A DNA stretch of 64,000 nucleotides from Candidatus Melainabacteria bacterium 17Bon1m. GTDB taxonomy: Bacteria; Cyanobacteriota; Vampirovibrionia; Obscuribacterales; Obscuribacteraceae. The stretch covers positions 448,001-512,000 of the forward strand of contig JAVLKG010000004.1 in NCBI GenBank assembly GCA_032128875.1. Direction: 5' to 3'. Of this stretch, positions 1-10,002 are shown one piece after another (the first letter of the stretch is position 1; every line of letters begins with the position of its first letter). Both the position numbers and the translations under genes were made by a program. Under the pieces are notes generated by a model that had not been told where the DNA came from, did not search any database, and saw only the letters and a list, made by a program, of their open reading frames with translations.

Positions 1-2
1 AT

Positions 3-392
3 AAAGCCATCAGTATTGAGCCAAATTTTGCTCAGGCCATAAACCATCTTGGTATTGCGCTTTACCGGGAAAAACACATCTCAGAAGCCATCGCGGTTTT
101 TCAGCAAGCGCTCCGTATCAAGCCTGATTATGCTGAGGCCTATTACAATCTCGGCACGGCATTGTACAGAAAGGGCGAAGTTTCAAACGCCGAAAAAGCT
201 CTACTGGAAGCCATTCGCTACAACCCCCAAGATGCATACGCTTATAACAATTTAGGGCTAATTTTGTTAAGGCGCGGCAGTGTAGATGAAGCGATTGAAA
301 ACTGGCGTAAGGCAATAACAATTGATCCAGTCCTGGCCGCAGCTTTCATAAACATTGGACGCGCTCTGCACGCCAGCAGGAGTGTTGAGTAA
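3..392 (+). CDS. TPR-repeat protein, C-terminal part (5'-truncated by window edge)
   Basis: Frame is open from base 3: KAISIEPNFAQAINHLGIAL / QALRIKPDYAEAYYNLGTAL / AIRYNPQDAYAYNNLGLIL, which are 34-aa TPR units. Confidence 0.9.
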   Translation, partial: KAISIEPNFAQAINHLGIALYREKHISEAIAVFQQALRIKPDYAEAYYNLGTALYRKGEVSNAEKALLEAIRYNPQDAYAYNNLGLILLRRGSVDEAIENWRKAITIDPVLAAAFINIGRALHASRSVE

Positions 393-522
393 AGCTGAAA
401 AGTGCCATTGGGTTTGACATTCCGGCTGTGACGTTCAATTCTGTGAGATTGTCAATGCTGGAAATTCGTTTGTCGGGTATCATTTTCCGCGTCCAGTCCT
501 GCCGCTAGCCATAATTTTCGAA

Positions 523-933
523 ATGGAACCAAGTTCAACATTCAGCTTTCAGCAAACAGTCGACTCAGTAATGCAAGCACTTGGCGTTATTGTTTGTCAC
601 GTCGTGTTCGATGCCGGTCTGCATGGACTGTTCATGGCATTGATCGTGGGCGGCATTGGCTACGCCTGTCATTTGAAGGGCGCCAAGCAAGGTAAGCCAC
701 TCATGAACGTTTGCAAAAAGCTCTCAATCTTTTGCCTGGCAATCATGATTCCAGGTTTCATCTCCCTTCTAACGATTCATAAGCTCCCTCCAGTCGGCGT
801 CTACAACGTTCACTCGATTGGTTTCATTTGCTTCTGGAGTCTCATCTGTTTGCACATCTCGGCTGAAGAGATGAATCACCAGTTTTTCCCTGGTGGTGGC
901 GACCGAAATGAGCCAGATTTGCAGGGCAACTAA
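523..933 (+). CDS. Small integral membrane protein of unknown function (3-4 TM segments)
   Basis: 136-aa ORF with ATG start and several hydrophobic segments. Confidence 0.7.
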   Translation: MEPSSTFSFQQTVDSVMQALGVIVCHVVFDAGLHGLFMALIVGGIGYACHLKGAKQGKPLMNVCKKLSIFCLAIMIPGFISLLTIHKLPPVGVYNVHSIGFICFWSLICLHISAEEMNHQFFPGGGDRNEPDLQGN

Positions 934-1025
934 GCTTCACGAAAGAGCGTCCTTGCAGGCGTGCCTCCTAATCCGGGCCTTATACTGGTAGATCTGAGCG
1001 GAAGCTTTCGAGGGAGGAAACGCAC

Positions 1026-1706
1026 ATGAGAAACCTTGCTGTATCGATGGTTCTCGCTGCTCTGGTTTGTGTGCAAGTTCCAAGCCAGGCTCAGGTCGGC
1101 TTTCAACGCGGGTATGCTCCCACCCAGCAAACAAATCCGTACGGCAATCCATACGCTTCTCCGTATGGAGTGACTCCGTACAATCCTTATAATCCTTATG
1201 GAAATCCATATGGATACAACCCGTACCGCGGCGCTGGACTTGTGCCGAATACAGGCTTCGGAGTTGTTAATCCATATGCAGGGCTTCCCGCGATGGGAAT
1301 GCCGGTGCCGATTAATGGCGGTTATTTCGGTATCAACATCGGCAATGCACGCTTAAATGTTTGGAAGGCACCTTCTGGATACTACTATCCTTGGTTGCCG
1401 AGACCGGTTGGTTTTGGGTATCAGGCGCCGATTGTCATAGTCAATCAAGGCAGCACTACGCCTGCGGCGCCGGCGCTTACCACCATATTTGATGACATGA
1501 ATAAATTCCTTGACGAAGCAAAAACCAAAGGTAAAGTGTCAGAGGCTGACTACAATCATTTGAAGTTGCGCGCTTCTGATTTGCAGAAGAAAGAGCGTTC
1601 GCTCGCAACTGCAAATGGTGGTTCGTTGCAGAAGGACGATGAAGAACAGCTTCGTAAAGACGTCGACAAACTTGGCGAAGAAGTCGCATATCGCGTGAAG
1701 TCGTAG
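1026..1706 (+). CDS. Secreted protein with NPY(G) low-complexity repeats and helical C-terminal domain
   Basis: GGAGG RBS; signal peptide MRNLAVSMVLAALVCVQVPSQA; repeated NPYG/PY units. Confidence 0.8.
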   Translation: MRNLAVSMVLAALVCVQVPSQAQVGFQRGYAPTQQTNPYGNPYASPYGVTPYNPYNPYGNPYGYNPYRGAGLVPNTGFGVVNPYAGLPAMGMPVPINGGYFGINIGNARLNVWKAPSGYYYPWLPRPVGFGYQAPIVIVNQGSTTPAAPALTTIFDDMNKFLDEAKTKGKVSEADYNHLKLRASDLQKKERSLATANGGSLQKDDEEQLRKDVDKLGEEVAYRVKS

Positions 1707-1719
1707 CACTCGCGTAAAA

Positions 1720-1763
1720 GAGCCGCGCATGCGGCTCCCTGCAAGGGAAGTGCATGCGCTTCC
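1720..1763. terminator. Tandem hairpins between convergent genes
   Basis: GAGCCGC-GCAT-GCGGCTC and GGAAGTGC-AT-GCGCTTCC between stops at 1706 and 1786. Confidence 0.5.
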
Positions 1764-1785
1764 ACTACGATGCTTAGTGACACTA

Positions 1786-4700
1786 CTACGGCTTTGACGA
1801 CCAATGCGGATAGAATAAGGTCAATCGGCGAATCGCTTCAGCGTTGCGAGCTGATTCAGCCGCTTTATTCATACCGGTTTCCAGAGCCATGTGATACCAC
1901 CTTGCCGCTTCCATTTGGTCGCCCAGATAAGCTTCGCGCGAGCCCAAGAAATAGGATAAGTCACACAGTTCGCGCACATTGATTCGTTTGTCGAGCATGG
2001 TTTTTGAGTCGACAGCTCCGATCAAACATTTGCCTATTTGGAACAGCGCATCGCTGTCGTTTTTCGCATAATGCTGGATGAGCAGTCGATTGGCGTCTTT
2101 ATTAATGCCTTTCTGCATCGGCATTGCTGCCGCACGCGTTAGCCAAACATATTCGGATCCGATGCCTTCAGGATTTTCAGGTATTAGCTTCCACAGCAAA
2201 TCATAAGCACTGTTTTGAAACGCGAACATGGCGAGCGGAGTAAAGAACTGTGGTGGCACATTTTCTTGAATCCACTTCAAGGCAATTTGCGGATTTTCTG
2301 TTGCTTCTAAATAGGTGTATGCCAAAGTCGACAAGTTTAAATAGTTTAGTTCATGCCCGCTGAATGAACTAGTAAGAACTGCATTTAGGATATTGAAACT
2401 GGTATCGTTCCTGCCGTTGAGAGAAAATGATTGAGCCAATTCCCCAATGTTGGTCGACTCAGAAAAACCTTCTTTCGCCAATGCCCGAACGGCACTTTTA
2501 CTTTCTTCCGGAAAGCCGGCCAGCGTTCGTTTGAAAGCAGGATAGATTTCGCGGCGCCAGATTTCGGCTTTGAGAAACCACGGATATCCTTTGAGCACTA
2601 GAGCCGCTTCGTTATATGCGTGCTTCTTCCAGAAAATCTGAGTCTTTAAAGCAAGTGCCGCCGGCGACAGTCGGTTGGCTACATAATACGCATCGGTGTA
2701 CGCTTCTGCTTTTGGCTCGCGCCCTTTCTGTGTAAGCGCGTTTACATATGTTTCCGCCACCTGAACCTCGACCTTGTTGTCGACATGTCCATCGAGCAAT
2801 TTGAGCGTCTCGTCCGGATTGCCATTGCTGTAATACAGCGCGGCGAGAAGTTGATTGGCGAGCTTCACTTGTTTTGGAAAGTCGCTTGATTTATCAATCC
2901 ACCTCTTGGTGTTTTCGATCGCGACTGCGGTGGTTCCAGCCAAAATAGATGTTTTAACGTACTGGCGTAAGACTTCTATATTGCCAGGAGTGTGTTCCAC
3001 CAGTTCTTCAATTCGATCAACGTACAGATGCTTTGCACCGCGATCGCTGTCTCCGGTGAAATCGCAAAGTGCTGCCATAGCTTTGGCACGTCGCGATGGA
3101 ACGCCAATTTTGTTGTCGGCAATTCTTCTTAAGTGCATTTGGTCGACGTTTTGCTGCGCTGCTGCCACAGATAAAACCCCATCAGCATCGGCGTCCAGCG
3201 CAAGCTTGTTTAAATTCAGCGCAAGTACAGGATGCAGCAATTCGTTGTGCGCAACTGTGGCGATGCGAAATCGATTCTCAGGGCGGCTATCAATATTCTC
3301 AAATATCGTTTTGCCGGCCGAAATAAGTTTTGGCTCTCCGTTTGCAAACCAACGCGATGTTTCGTCAAAGGCGAGGAACCTAGGATAATCGCCCAGATCC
3401 TTTGGACTGACTGCATTGCCTAAGAGCTTTGCGACATGATAATTGCCTGTGCGTGCATCCAAAATACTGTGAGCCAGCGCGCAAACCGAATCACCTATAT
3501 CGGATGAGCCAGGCGTTCCAAATTTCTCATCAAAGATTTTTTCCGCTGCCTTTTCCGTGTAAAAACCATTGTCAGGTTGCAGATAATCTAGAACGTGCGA
3601 GTATGCAAACGCGCGGAAGAAACTGGTCACAATAGCTGAAGAAATGAGGTTATCTTTTGGTTTGGAATCAAAATCCTTCAGATATTTGTCGAGCAGTGCA
3701 AAGAATTTGTCATGTGAATCAATATTTTTGCCTGTAATTGATTTCAGTTCGCAAAAGAATACGTTCTCGAATAGCCAAGTTTCCGGCGTCAATTGTTGTG
3801 CTTCTGCAAGCGGCTGCAAACATCCATACACAGAGAGACTTAAGGGCGAGTTCTTATCGAATCTGTTCTTGCAATATTCTCTAAGCCGCAAAAGATTCTC
3901 CGCGTTCGCTAATTTCTTCACGTAGAGAAATTTCGACTCGTTTGAGTTCAATCCTTGTTCAACTGCAGCACCTACTGTTTGCGCTTGCCACATGATATAC
4001 ATCCGCAGCGGGTCTTCCTCGGGGAGATCCGCTGCTAAATCTTTCGCGTCAACGCGATATCCCATAGCCTCTGCAAGACGCACTTGATTGCGCTTGGCAT
4101 TTTGTGTTTCATATCGGGCGGAAAGACTCGCAAATGCGAGTGCTTGCGCGAAAAGATCGTCCGCTGTTCCTGCTCTATCATATGTTTGAAAGGCAAGTGC
4201 TGTCAGTGCAGTTGCCGCTTGATCGATAAGTTGCGGCGAGCCGCCATCTTTTTTCCATTGAGCATTTACAAGTTCGACCGCCTTGAAGCAAGAGCGCGGG
4301 CTGTATTCCAGAAGCAGCTGATCTATCGGGTCTTGCAGTTTCGAATTGTCGTCGAACGAGTTTGCTTGAGGCAGCTTCGATGCCTCCGATGACTTCTGCT
4401 TCACTGCGGCATTAGACTCATCGCTCGTCTTTTCCGCGACTTTGTCCTTGACTTTGTCTGCAGGTTGATTTGGACGGTTCTCTAAGAGGTTATCCGTAAC
4501 TTTATCTCCGCCCGCAAGTTCCAGCCGCGGAGGCTCATCTTTGGTCCAATTCGGATTTTTCTCTTCTCTGACTAAATCTAACTCGGTTTCGAACCCGCCA
4601 AAAACTTTAGAGTGATTGAGAACGTTTTTGCCATTCGATTCAAATCGATGTTGGCCTTGATCTCCTTCCAAAGACCGCGCGTATTTCGAAAGCGAAGAGC

Positions 4701-5049
4701 AGATGTCTACAAATGAAGGAAAGTCCTTGATGGTAGTGATGTCTTTTTTGTCGGACTTGATACGCCAGAGTCCGTTTTCAAAAACGGCTTCGACTTTCTG
4801 CAGTGGTTTGCCTGTTACGATTTGCGTGACATTGGAAAGTGCCATTAGATAGCGCCTGTCCGGCTTGATTTGATAACTTTTTTCGACGATCTTGAAAGCA
4901 AGGTTGGCTGTCAGTTCGTCGTCTTCTTTGAAGGGTGAGCTGAAGCGAACCTGCTTGCTACCGCCACAGGAAGTCAGAAGCAAAAGCGCAGATAGTGCGA
5001 GTGTGAGAATCCGTTTCGCCTGAATATCATTCTGGCCTCGTGCGATCAT
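1786..5049 (-). CDS. Large alpha-helical (TPR-like) lipoprotein
   Basis: 1087 aa; lipobox LALSALLLLTSC; mostly helical repeats, C-terminal TPR-like SYFLG..AARWY..AL. Confidence 0.75.
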   Translation of the reverse strand: MIARGQNDIQAKRILTLALSALLLLTSCGGSKQVRFSSPFKEDDELTANLAFKIVEKSYQIKPDRRYLMALSNVTQIVTGKPLQKVEAVFENGLWRIKSDKKDITTIKDFPSFVDICSSLSKYARSLEGDQGQHRFESNGKNVLNHSKVFGGFETELDLVREEKNPNWTKDEPPRLELAGGDKVTDNLLENRPNQPADKVKDKVAEKTSDESNAAVKQKSSEASKLPQANSFDDNSKLQDPIDQLLLEYSPRSCFKAVELVNAQWKKDGGSPQLIDQAATALTALAFQTYDRAGTADDLFAQALAFASLSARYETQNAKRNQVRLAEAMGYRVDAKDLAADLPEEDPLRMYIMWQAQTVGAAVEQGLNSNESKFLYVKKLANAENLLRLREYCKNRFDKNSPLSLSVYGCLQPLAEAQQLTPETWLFENVFFCELKSITGKNIDSHDKFFALLDKYLKDFDSKPKDNLISSAIVTSFFRAFAYSHVLDYLQPDNGFYTEKAAEKIFDEKFGTPGSSDIGDSVCALAHSILDARTGNYHVAKLLGNAVSPKDLGDYPRFLAFDETSRWFANGEPKLISAGKTIFENIDSRPENRFRIATVAHNELLHPVLALNLNKLALDADADGVLSVAAAQQNVDQMHLRRIADNKIGVPSRRAKAMAALCDFTGDSDRGAKHLYVDRIEELVEHTPGNIEVLRQYVKTSILAGTTAVAIENTKRWIDKSSDFPKQVKLANQLLAALYYSNGNPDETLKLLDGHVDNKVEVQVAETYVNALTQKGREPKAEAYTDAYYVANRLSPAALALKTQIFWKKHAYNEAALVLKGYPWFLKAEIWRREIYPAFKRTLAGFPEESKSAVRALAKEGFSESTNIGELAQSFSLNGRNDTSFNILNAVLTSSFSGHELNYLNLSTLAYTYLEATENPQIALKWIQENVPPQFFTPLAMFAFQNSAYDLLWKLIPENPEGIGSEYVWLTRAAAMPMQKGINKDANRLLIQHYAKNDSDALFQIGKCLIGAVDSKTMLDKRINVRELCDLSYFLGSREAYLGDQMEAARWYHMALETGMNKAAESARNAEAIRRLTLFYPHWSSKP

Positions 5050-5068
5050 GGGTTTGGCACCATCCGAA

Positions 5069-5731
5069 CTAACTCGCTTCGGACAAGCCTTCCAGCTTGT
5101 GTTTCTTGCCTACACGCTCACACAGAATTCTGCGCAGATCTTCCTGTACCACAGTGAGAGGTTTACTGGCATCGACAATCACCCAGCGATCGGGATCTTG
5201 TTCGGCGAGTTTGTGATATCCGTCTCTCACCTTATGGTGAAACTCAATCGCCTCACGTTCGAGTCGATCGTGACCGCCCGGGTGCAAGCGCCCCAGTCCG
5301 TCACTTGATTCAATATCGAAAAGAATTGTCAGTTCTGGCGTTAATCCGCCGGTCGCCATTTTTGAAAGGTCGTTGATCAGGTTCAAATCAATACCACGCC
5401 CGTAGCCTTGGTATGCACGTGTCGAGTCAACGTAGCGATCGCAAAGCACAAGAGTGCCGTTTTTCAGTGCCGGAATGATCAATTCGTCGACGTGTTGCGC
5501 GCGGTCTGCCTGATAAAGCAGCAGCTCTGTCATGGGCATGACCGGATTTTCGGGGTTGAGCAGAATTCTGCGAATTTGTTTTCCCAGAGATGTACCGCCC
5601 GGGTCTCTCGTGACAATGTGCTTGACGCCCATCTGGTCGAGCTGTTTGGACAAAAGCTTGAGTTGGGTGGTTTTGCCTGCGCCCTCGGGGCCTTCAAGGG
5701 TGACGAAACTGCCTGGATAACTGGTTGCCAT
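5069..5731 (-). CDS. tmk: Thymidylate kinase (dTMP kinase)
   Basis: FVTLEGPEGAGKTTQ P-loop, TRDPGGT, LCDRYVDS..AYQGYGRG, DRLE; start set at ATG 5731 (ORF track extends to 5782). Confidence 0.96.
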   Translation of the reverse strand: MATSYPGSFVTLEGPEGAGKTTQLKLLSKQLDQMGVKHIVTRDPGGTSLGKQIRRILLNPENPVMPMTELLLYQADRAQHVDELIIPALKNGTLVLCDRYVDSTRAYQGYGRGIDLNLINDLSKMATGGLTPELTILFDIESSDGLGRLHPGGHDRLEREAIEFHHKVRDGYHKLAEQDPDRWVIVDASKPLTVVQEDLRRILCERVGKKHKLEGLSEAS

Positions 5732-6011
5732 GAGTAAGCGCTTGAATAGCCTGTAGAAACGGTGGGAAATGCTGGAAAGCATACCCTAAGCGCGCCTGCC
5801 GTTGTTGGAGAGGGCGCTTATCTCGGCGGCAAAACTCCCCGAAAAGGCGCCAATTCGCCCACATTACAGTCGAAATAAACGACTAAGAATGTTATGATCT
5901 TCCAACTTTCGGAATCCGCGTAATTCGGGTCTTGCCCTGCTTCGGCAGGTGGTGAGATGCGCGTTTCCATGTAGAAAAGTACTTATTTACGAACGAGAGG
6001 TTCAGCGGGCG

Positions 6012-7517
6012 ATGACTCAAACCCTAGAGGCACCCAAAGTGAAAGTGGATCGCAAGTGGCAATTATGGATCGGGGGTAAATTCCAAGATGGCGCCAGTGA
6101 GCGCACCTTGATCAACCCTGCCGATGGCAAGCCTCTGTGCAAAGTTGCAGAAGCCGATAAGAAGCAAACCGAAGCCGCTATCAAAGCAGCACGCAAAGCT
6201 TTCGACGAAGGTCCGTGGCCCAGAATGACGGCATTGGAGCGCGCTCAGTTTCTCTTCAAACTGGCAGACAAGATTGATGAGCATGCCGAAGAATTGGCTG
6301 AGCTGGAAACGTTGAACGGTGGCAAGCCTTTGCGTGAAGCCAAATACGATATGGGTGATGCGGCGAACTGTTTTCGCTATTACGCTGGTCTGGTAACCAA
6401 GCCAACGGGACAAGCAATTGATGTTCCGGCCCCATCCATCACAACTGTAGTTCGTGAGCCGATTGGTGTTTGCGCACAAATTATCCCGTGGAATTATCCG
6501 CTCTTGATGGGTGCATGGAAATTGGCTCCGGCACTGGCCGCAGGCAACTGCTGCATTCTCAAGCCGAGCGAATACACGCCTCTAACCGCTGTAAGATTGG
6601 CTGAAATTCTGCAAGAACTCGAATTGCCGGAAGGTGTCGTCAACATCGTCTTGGGCGATGGACCTACGGTCGGCAACACTCTTGCAGAAAGCAAGTTGGT
6701 CGACAAAGTTGCTTTCACCGGATCGGTAAAAACCGGAAAAGCCGTGGCTTCAGCAGCTCTCGGTAATCTCAAGAAAGTGACATTGGAATTGGGCGGTAAG
6801 TCGCCAATGGTTGTGTTCTCTGATTTTGATGTAGATACAGCCGTTGACTATGCGCTTTTTGCAATCTATTGCAATGCCGGTCAAGTATGCTCGGCTGGCT
6901 CGCGCTTGCTGGTTGAAGAGCCGATGTACGACAAATTCGTCAAAAAATTCGTCGAACGTGCCAAACATATAAAGGTTGGTCCTGGCATGGACCCTGAAAC
7001 CGAAATGGGACCGCTCATCAACGAATCTCAAATGAAGCGCGTTCTCGAATACATCGAAATCGGTCAGAAAGAAGGCGCCAAGCTGGAAGCCGGCGGCGAT
7101 CAACCGAAAGGAGAGAAGTACGGTAAGGGCTTCTACGTCAATCCGACAGTATTCACGAACGTCAAGCAAGACATGCGTATCGTCCAAGAAGAAATTTTTG
7201 GACCAGTCGTTGTTGTGCAGAAGTTCAAGACTGAAGAGGAAGCGATTCAATTCGCAAACGATTCAGATTTCGGTCTTGCCGGCGCAGTATTCAGCAATGA
7301 TGTAACCAGAGCACACCGCGTTGTTAAGGCTCTTAAAGCCGGTATCACGTGGGTCAACGCCTATCACAATACATATAACGAATGCCCATGGGGCGGTTAT
7401 AAGCAAAGTGGATGGGGCCGCGAACTCGGAACATTCGGGCTCGAAGCTTACACTGAAGTGAAGCAGATCAATATCAACCTGGATCCACAGCCAGTCGGTT
7501 GGTTCGAGAAGAAGTAG
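6012..7517 (+). CDS. NAD(P)-dependent aldehyde dehydrogenase (betaine/amino-aldehyde dehydrogenase-like)
   Basis: PWNYP, ILKPSE, FTGS, LELGGKSP, NAGQVCSAG (catalytic Cys), EEIFGP, PWGGYKQSG. Confidence 0.95.
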   Translation: MTQTLEAPKVKVDRKWQLWIGGKFQDGASERTLINPADGKPLCKVAEADKKQTEAAIKAARKAFDEGPWPRMTALERAQFLFKLADKIDEHAEELAELETLNGGKPLREAKYDMGDAANCFRYYAGLVTKPTGQAIDVPAPSITTVVREPIGVCAQIIPWNYPLLMGAWKLAPALAAGNCCILKPSEYTPLTAVRLAEILQELELPEGVVNIVLGDGPTVGNTLAESKLVDKVAFTGSVKTGKAVASAALGNLKKVTLELGGKSPMVVFSDFDVDTAVDYALFAIYCNAGQVCSAGSRLLVEEPMYDKFVKKFVERAKHIKVGPGMDPETEMGPLINESQMKRVLEYIEIGQKEGAKLEAGGDQPKGEKYGKGFYVNPTVFTNVKQDMRIVQEEIFGPVVVVQKFKTEEEAIQFANDSDFGLAGAVFSNDVTRAHRVVKALKAGITWVNAYHNTYNECPWGGYKQSGWGRELGTFGLEAYTEVKQININLDPQPVGWFEKK

Positions 7518-7565
7518 GATAAACCCTAGACATCGTAAACACCGAAGCTAATAAACTAGGCTTCG

Positions 7566-8138
7566 GTGTTTTCTTTTGAACAAAGAAGAATGAATCAGAC
7601 GTACATGATGGTAAAGGTCATTCTATTCAGGGCGATATTCTGTGTTGGCTTAGCGACAATTGTTCTTGGTATTTTGTCTGCATTTTACTTTGTGCAAAAT
7701 CCAGAGCGAATCAAGGTGCACTTCCAAAATTGGATGATCGAGGAAGAAGCTGTTACATCAACAGTTTCTTTGCCGTCTAACAATGGAGAACTGACTCTAA
7801 CCGTTGTTCCGTTGCATCCATTTTTGTCAGAGTACAAATATATAGTTCGAGTCCGTATGAAAAATGGAGCAAAGTTCAAACAAGTCTTGGAGATTCAACC
7901 TGGTGGTCCACCAGATGTTATGGCGCTTTATCTTGAATCTCCAGAACATCAGCAGCTATTGTGTTTTAGACATTCGTGTGGTGGAAACGAGCTATTTGAA
8001 GTTTTGGATTTGAGAGATGGTAAATTGCATCGCTACTCATCGTTTAATGAAGTGAAGATGCAATATCAGATGCCGAAACAAGCACATATTGTGAATCTTG
8101 GTTTCATTACAGAAGGGCACTTGAGTCTGAGTAATTGA
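7566..8138 (+). CDS. Hypothetical protein with N-terminal membrane anchor
   Basis: 190-aa ORF with one N-terminal TM segment; AT-richer than neighbours; start uncertain. Confidence 0.6.
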   Translation: MFSFEQRRMNQTYMMVKVILFRAIFCVGLATIVLGILSAFYFVQNPERIKVHFQNWMIEEEAVTSTVSLPSNNGELTLTVVPLHPFLSEYKYIVRVRMKNGAKFKQVLEIQPGGPPDVMALYLESPEHQQLLCFRHSCGGNELFEVLDLRDGKLHRYSSFNEVKMQYQMPKQAHIVNLGFITEGHLSLSN

Positions 8139-8380
8139 AACCATCAGTTAGTTGAATGACCACAGATTAACTACTGCGAAATGATAGTCCTATCTGTTTC
8201 GGGTGAGGGCACCGAAAGTGGTGCTCCGCTTTCGTCTTGGGATTTTTAGAAAGCCCCGCCTAATTCATCCGGTTTTGCTGTTGAGTCCTGTGTGAGCGCA
8301 AGAGACGAACAGCGCGCTCAAAGGTTCTTACTAAGTACGCACGGTGTCTCGTAAAGCAGTTTTTCATAGGAGTACGACTA

Positions 8381-9757
8381 ATGATTTCCGGACTGGCTAG
8401 CAAGGTTTCGAAGGAAAAGAAGAGAATCTTCGCGATGGCGATGACTATCGCTGTTGGTTTTTCATCGGCAGCTCAGTTGCCGGCGATGAGTGCTGAAATG
8501 AAGTTGAAGAATCCGACAAACAGACCATTTGTGCGTCGAGCTATTCGAAGACCTGACTTTCAACCGGATGTCTTGCTCGTTGCAACTGATGCTAAGGCTG
8601 ACAAAGACGAGATCAAAGAGGCTCTTGAGGATGTGCATGCTACCGCAACTCAGACGGTGCGCGCCGGCAACTTGGAGATGATCCTCATCAAGACTGAAAA
8701 AGGTAAGTTGGAAGAAACTGAGACCAAGCTGACTAAAGACAAAAAACATTTCAGCGCTGTCGGTCGCAACTATCGCTTCGCTGCAAACTATGTACCTAAC
8801 GATAAAGACTTCAATGTGTCCTGGCACTTGGCGGCAATGCATTGTCCGAAGGCTTGGGATAAGGGAACTGGCGGCGCTAAAGTTGCTGTTCTTGATACTG
8901 GTTGTGAAGCCAGTGGCAAGGATCTTCAGGGCAAAATCGAAAAAGGATTTGATGCCAACACTGCGGCTGCACAAATTCTCGGTGGACTTTTGCTAGCTAC
9001 AGGAACGCTACCTGGCGTGACAGACCTGGCGGGAGCAGCAGCTGCTGCCGCTTCAGGCGGAGCGCAACACGACAGGCACGGTCACGGAACCTGGGTTGCT
9101 TCATGTATCGCAGCGACGATGAATAATGGCAAAACCTCTGCAGGTATCGCTCCATCATCGACGATCTATCCTATTCGAATTGCAGATGCTGCAGCTGGCG
9201 GCAAAGCAATTGCAACAGACTTCTCTGTAGCTTGCGCGATGGCAAAAGTATTCACATCAGGCGCGAGAATAGTCAACCTCAGCTATGGCGCTCCCTATGT
9301 TGGTTTTCACGAACCAACAATTCACGCCCCGCTTCATAAGATGTTCTCTGAGTTCTATTATGTGCGTCAAGGTTTGCTCTTCCTTTCTGCTGGTAACGAC
9401 GCCGTATTTGATGCGACTGTAAATCTTCCTTACATCAATATGGTTTCTGCGATCAACAGAACCGGCTCTCTGACCGATTTCTCTAACTATGGGACAATCG
9501 TTGATTTCACCGCACCAGGAGAAGAGATCTTCTGTATGGGCATCGATGGCGAACAAGCCGAGGTAAAGGGTACATCGTTCTCGAGTCCTATCGTAGCCGG
9601 CGTTGCCGCTTTGATCCTCAGCAAAAACCCTGCCCTTCCCAACTTCGCTGTCGAGCAAATCCTGAAGGCAAGTTGTGTAAACTCCACGCCAGGTTGGAAC
9701 GGATACTACGGATGGGGCATGCCGGACGCAGCCAGGGCGCTTGAACTGACACCTTAG
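8381..9757 (+). CDS. Secreted subtilisin-like (S8) serine peptidase with propeptide
   Basis: AGGAG RBS; signal peptide; VAVLDTG (Asp), HGHGTWVA (His), SAGN (oxyanion Asn), GTSFSSPIVAG (Ser). Confidence 0.93.
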   Translation: MISGLASKVSKEKKRIFAMAMTIAVGFSSAAQLPAMSAEMKLKNPTNRPFVRRAIRRPDFQPDVLLVATDAKADKDEIKEALEDVHATATQTVRAGNLEMILIKTEKGKLEETETKLTKDKKHFSAVGRNYRFAANYVPNDKDFNVSWHLAAMHCPKAWDKGTGGAKVAVLDTGCEASGKDLQGKIEKGFDANTAAAQILGGLLLATGTLPGVTDLAGAAAAAASGGAQHDRHGHGTWVASCIAATMNNGKTSAGIAPSSTIYPIRIADAAAGGKAIATDFSVACAMAKVFTSGARIVNLSYGAPYVGFHEPTIHAPLHKMFSEFYYVRQGLLFLSAGNDAVFDATVNLPYINMVSAINRTGSLTDFSNYGTIVDFTAPGEEIFCMGIDGEQAEVKGTSFSSPIVAGVAALILSKNPALPNFAVEQILKASCVNSTPGWNGYYGWGMPDAARALELTP

Positions 9758-9794
9758 TTGTATTTTCAAAACCTAAGTTGTCGCACAGTAAATG

Positions 9795-9835
9795 AAGTTA
9801 AGAACCGGGTTCGCGCGAGCCTGGTTCTAACTTTT
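9795..9835 (+). terminator. Rho-independent terminator-like hairpin
   Basis: AGAACCGGGTTCG..CGAGCCTGGTTCT followed by AACTTTT after the S8 gene. Confidence 0.6.
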
Positions 9836-10002
9836 ACCAAGTCTATCAAAACTCTTTACGCCTTTAGTTCGCGCTATTCACAGTGTTCTGTGTTTGCTTG
9901 CTCTCTGTATTTCTTTCCTCACAGAGTCCTAAAATCAGCTCGCATTGCGTAGATCACTCACGGTTGGAATTTACTCGTTTTTCTCAAAGGAGATTTTGCT
10001 CA

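Noticed and set aside
8200-8240. c-di-GMP-I riboswitch upstream of the S8 peptidase
   Set aside because: A GAAA-containing hairpin is present, but the GGCAAA and GACGCAAAG elements are missing.
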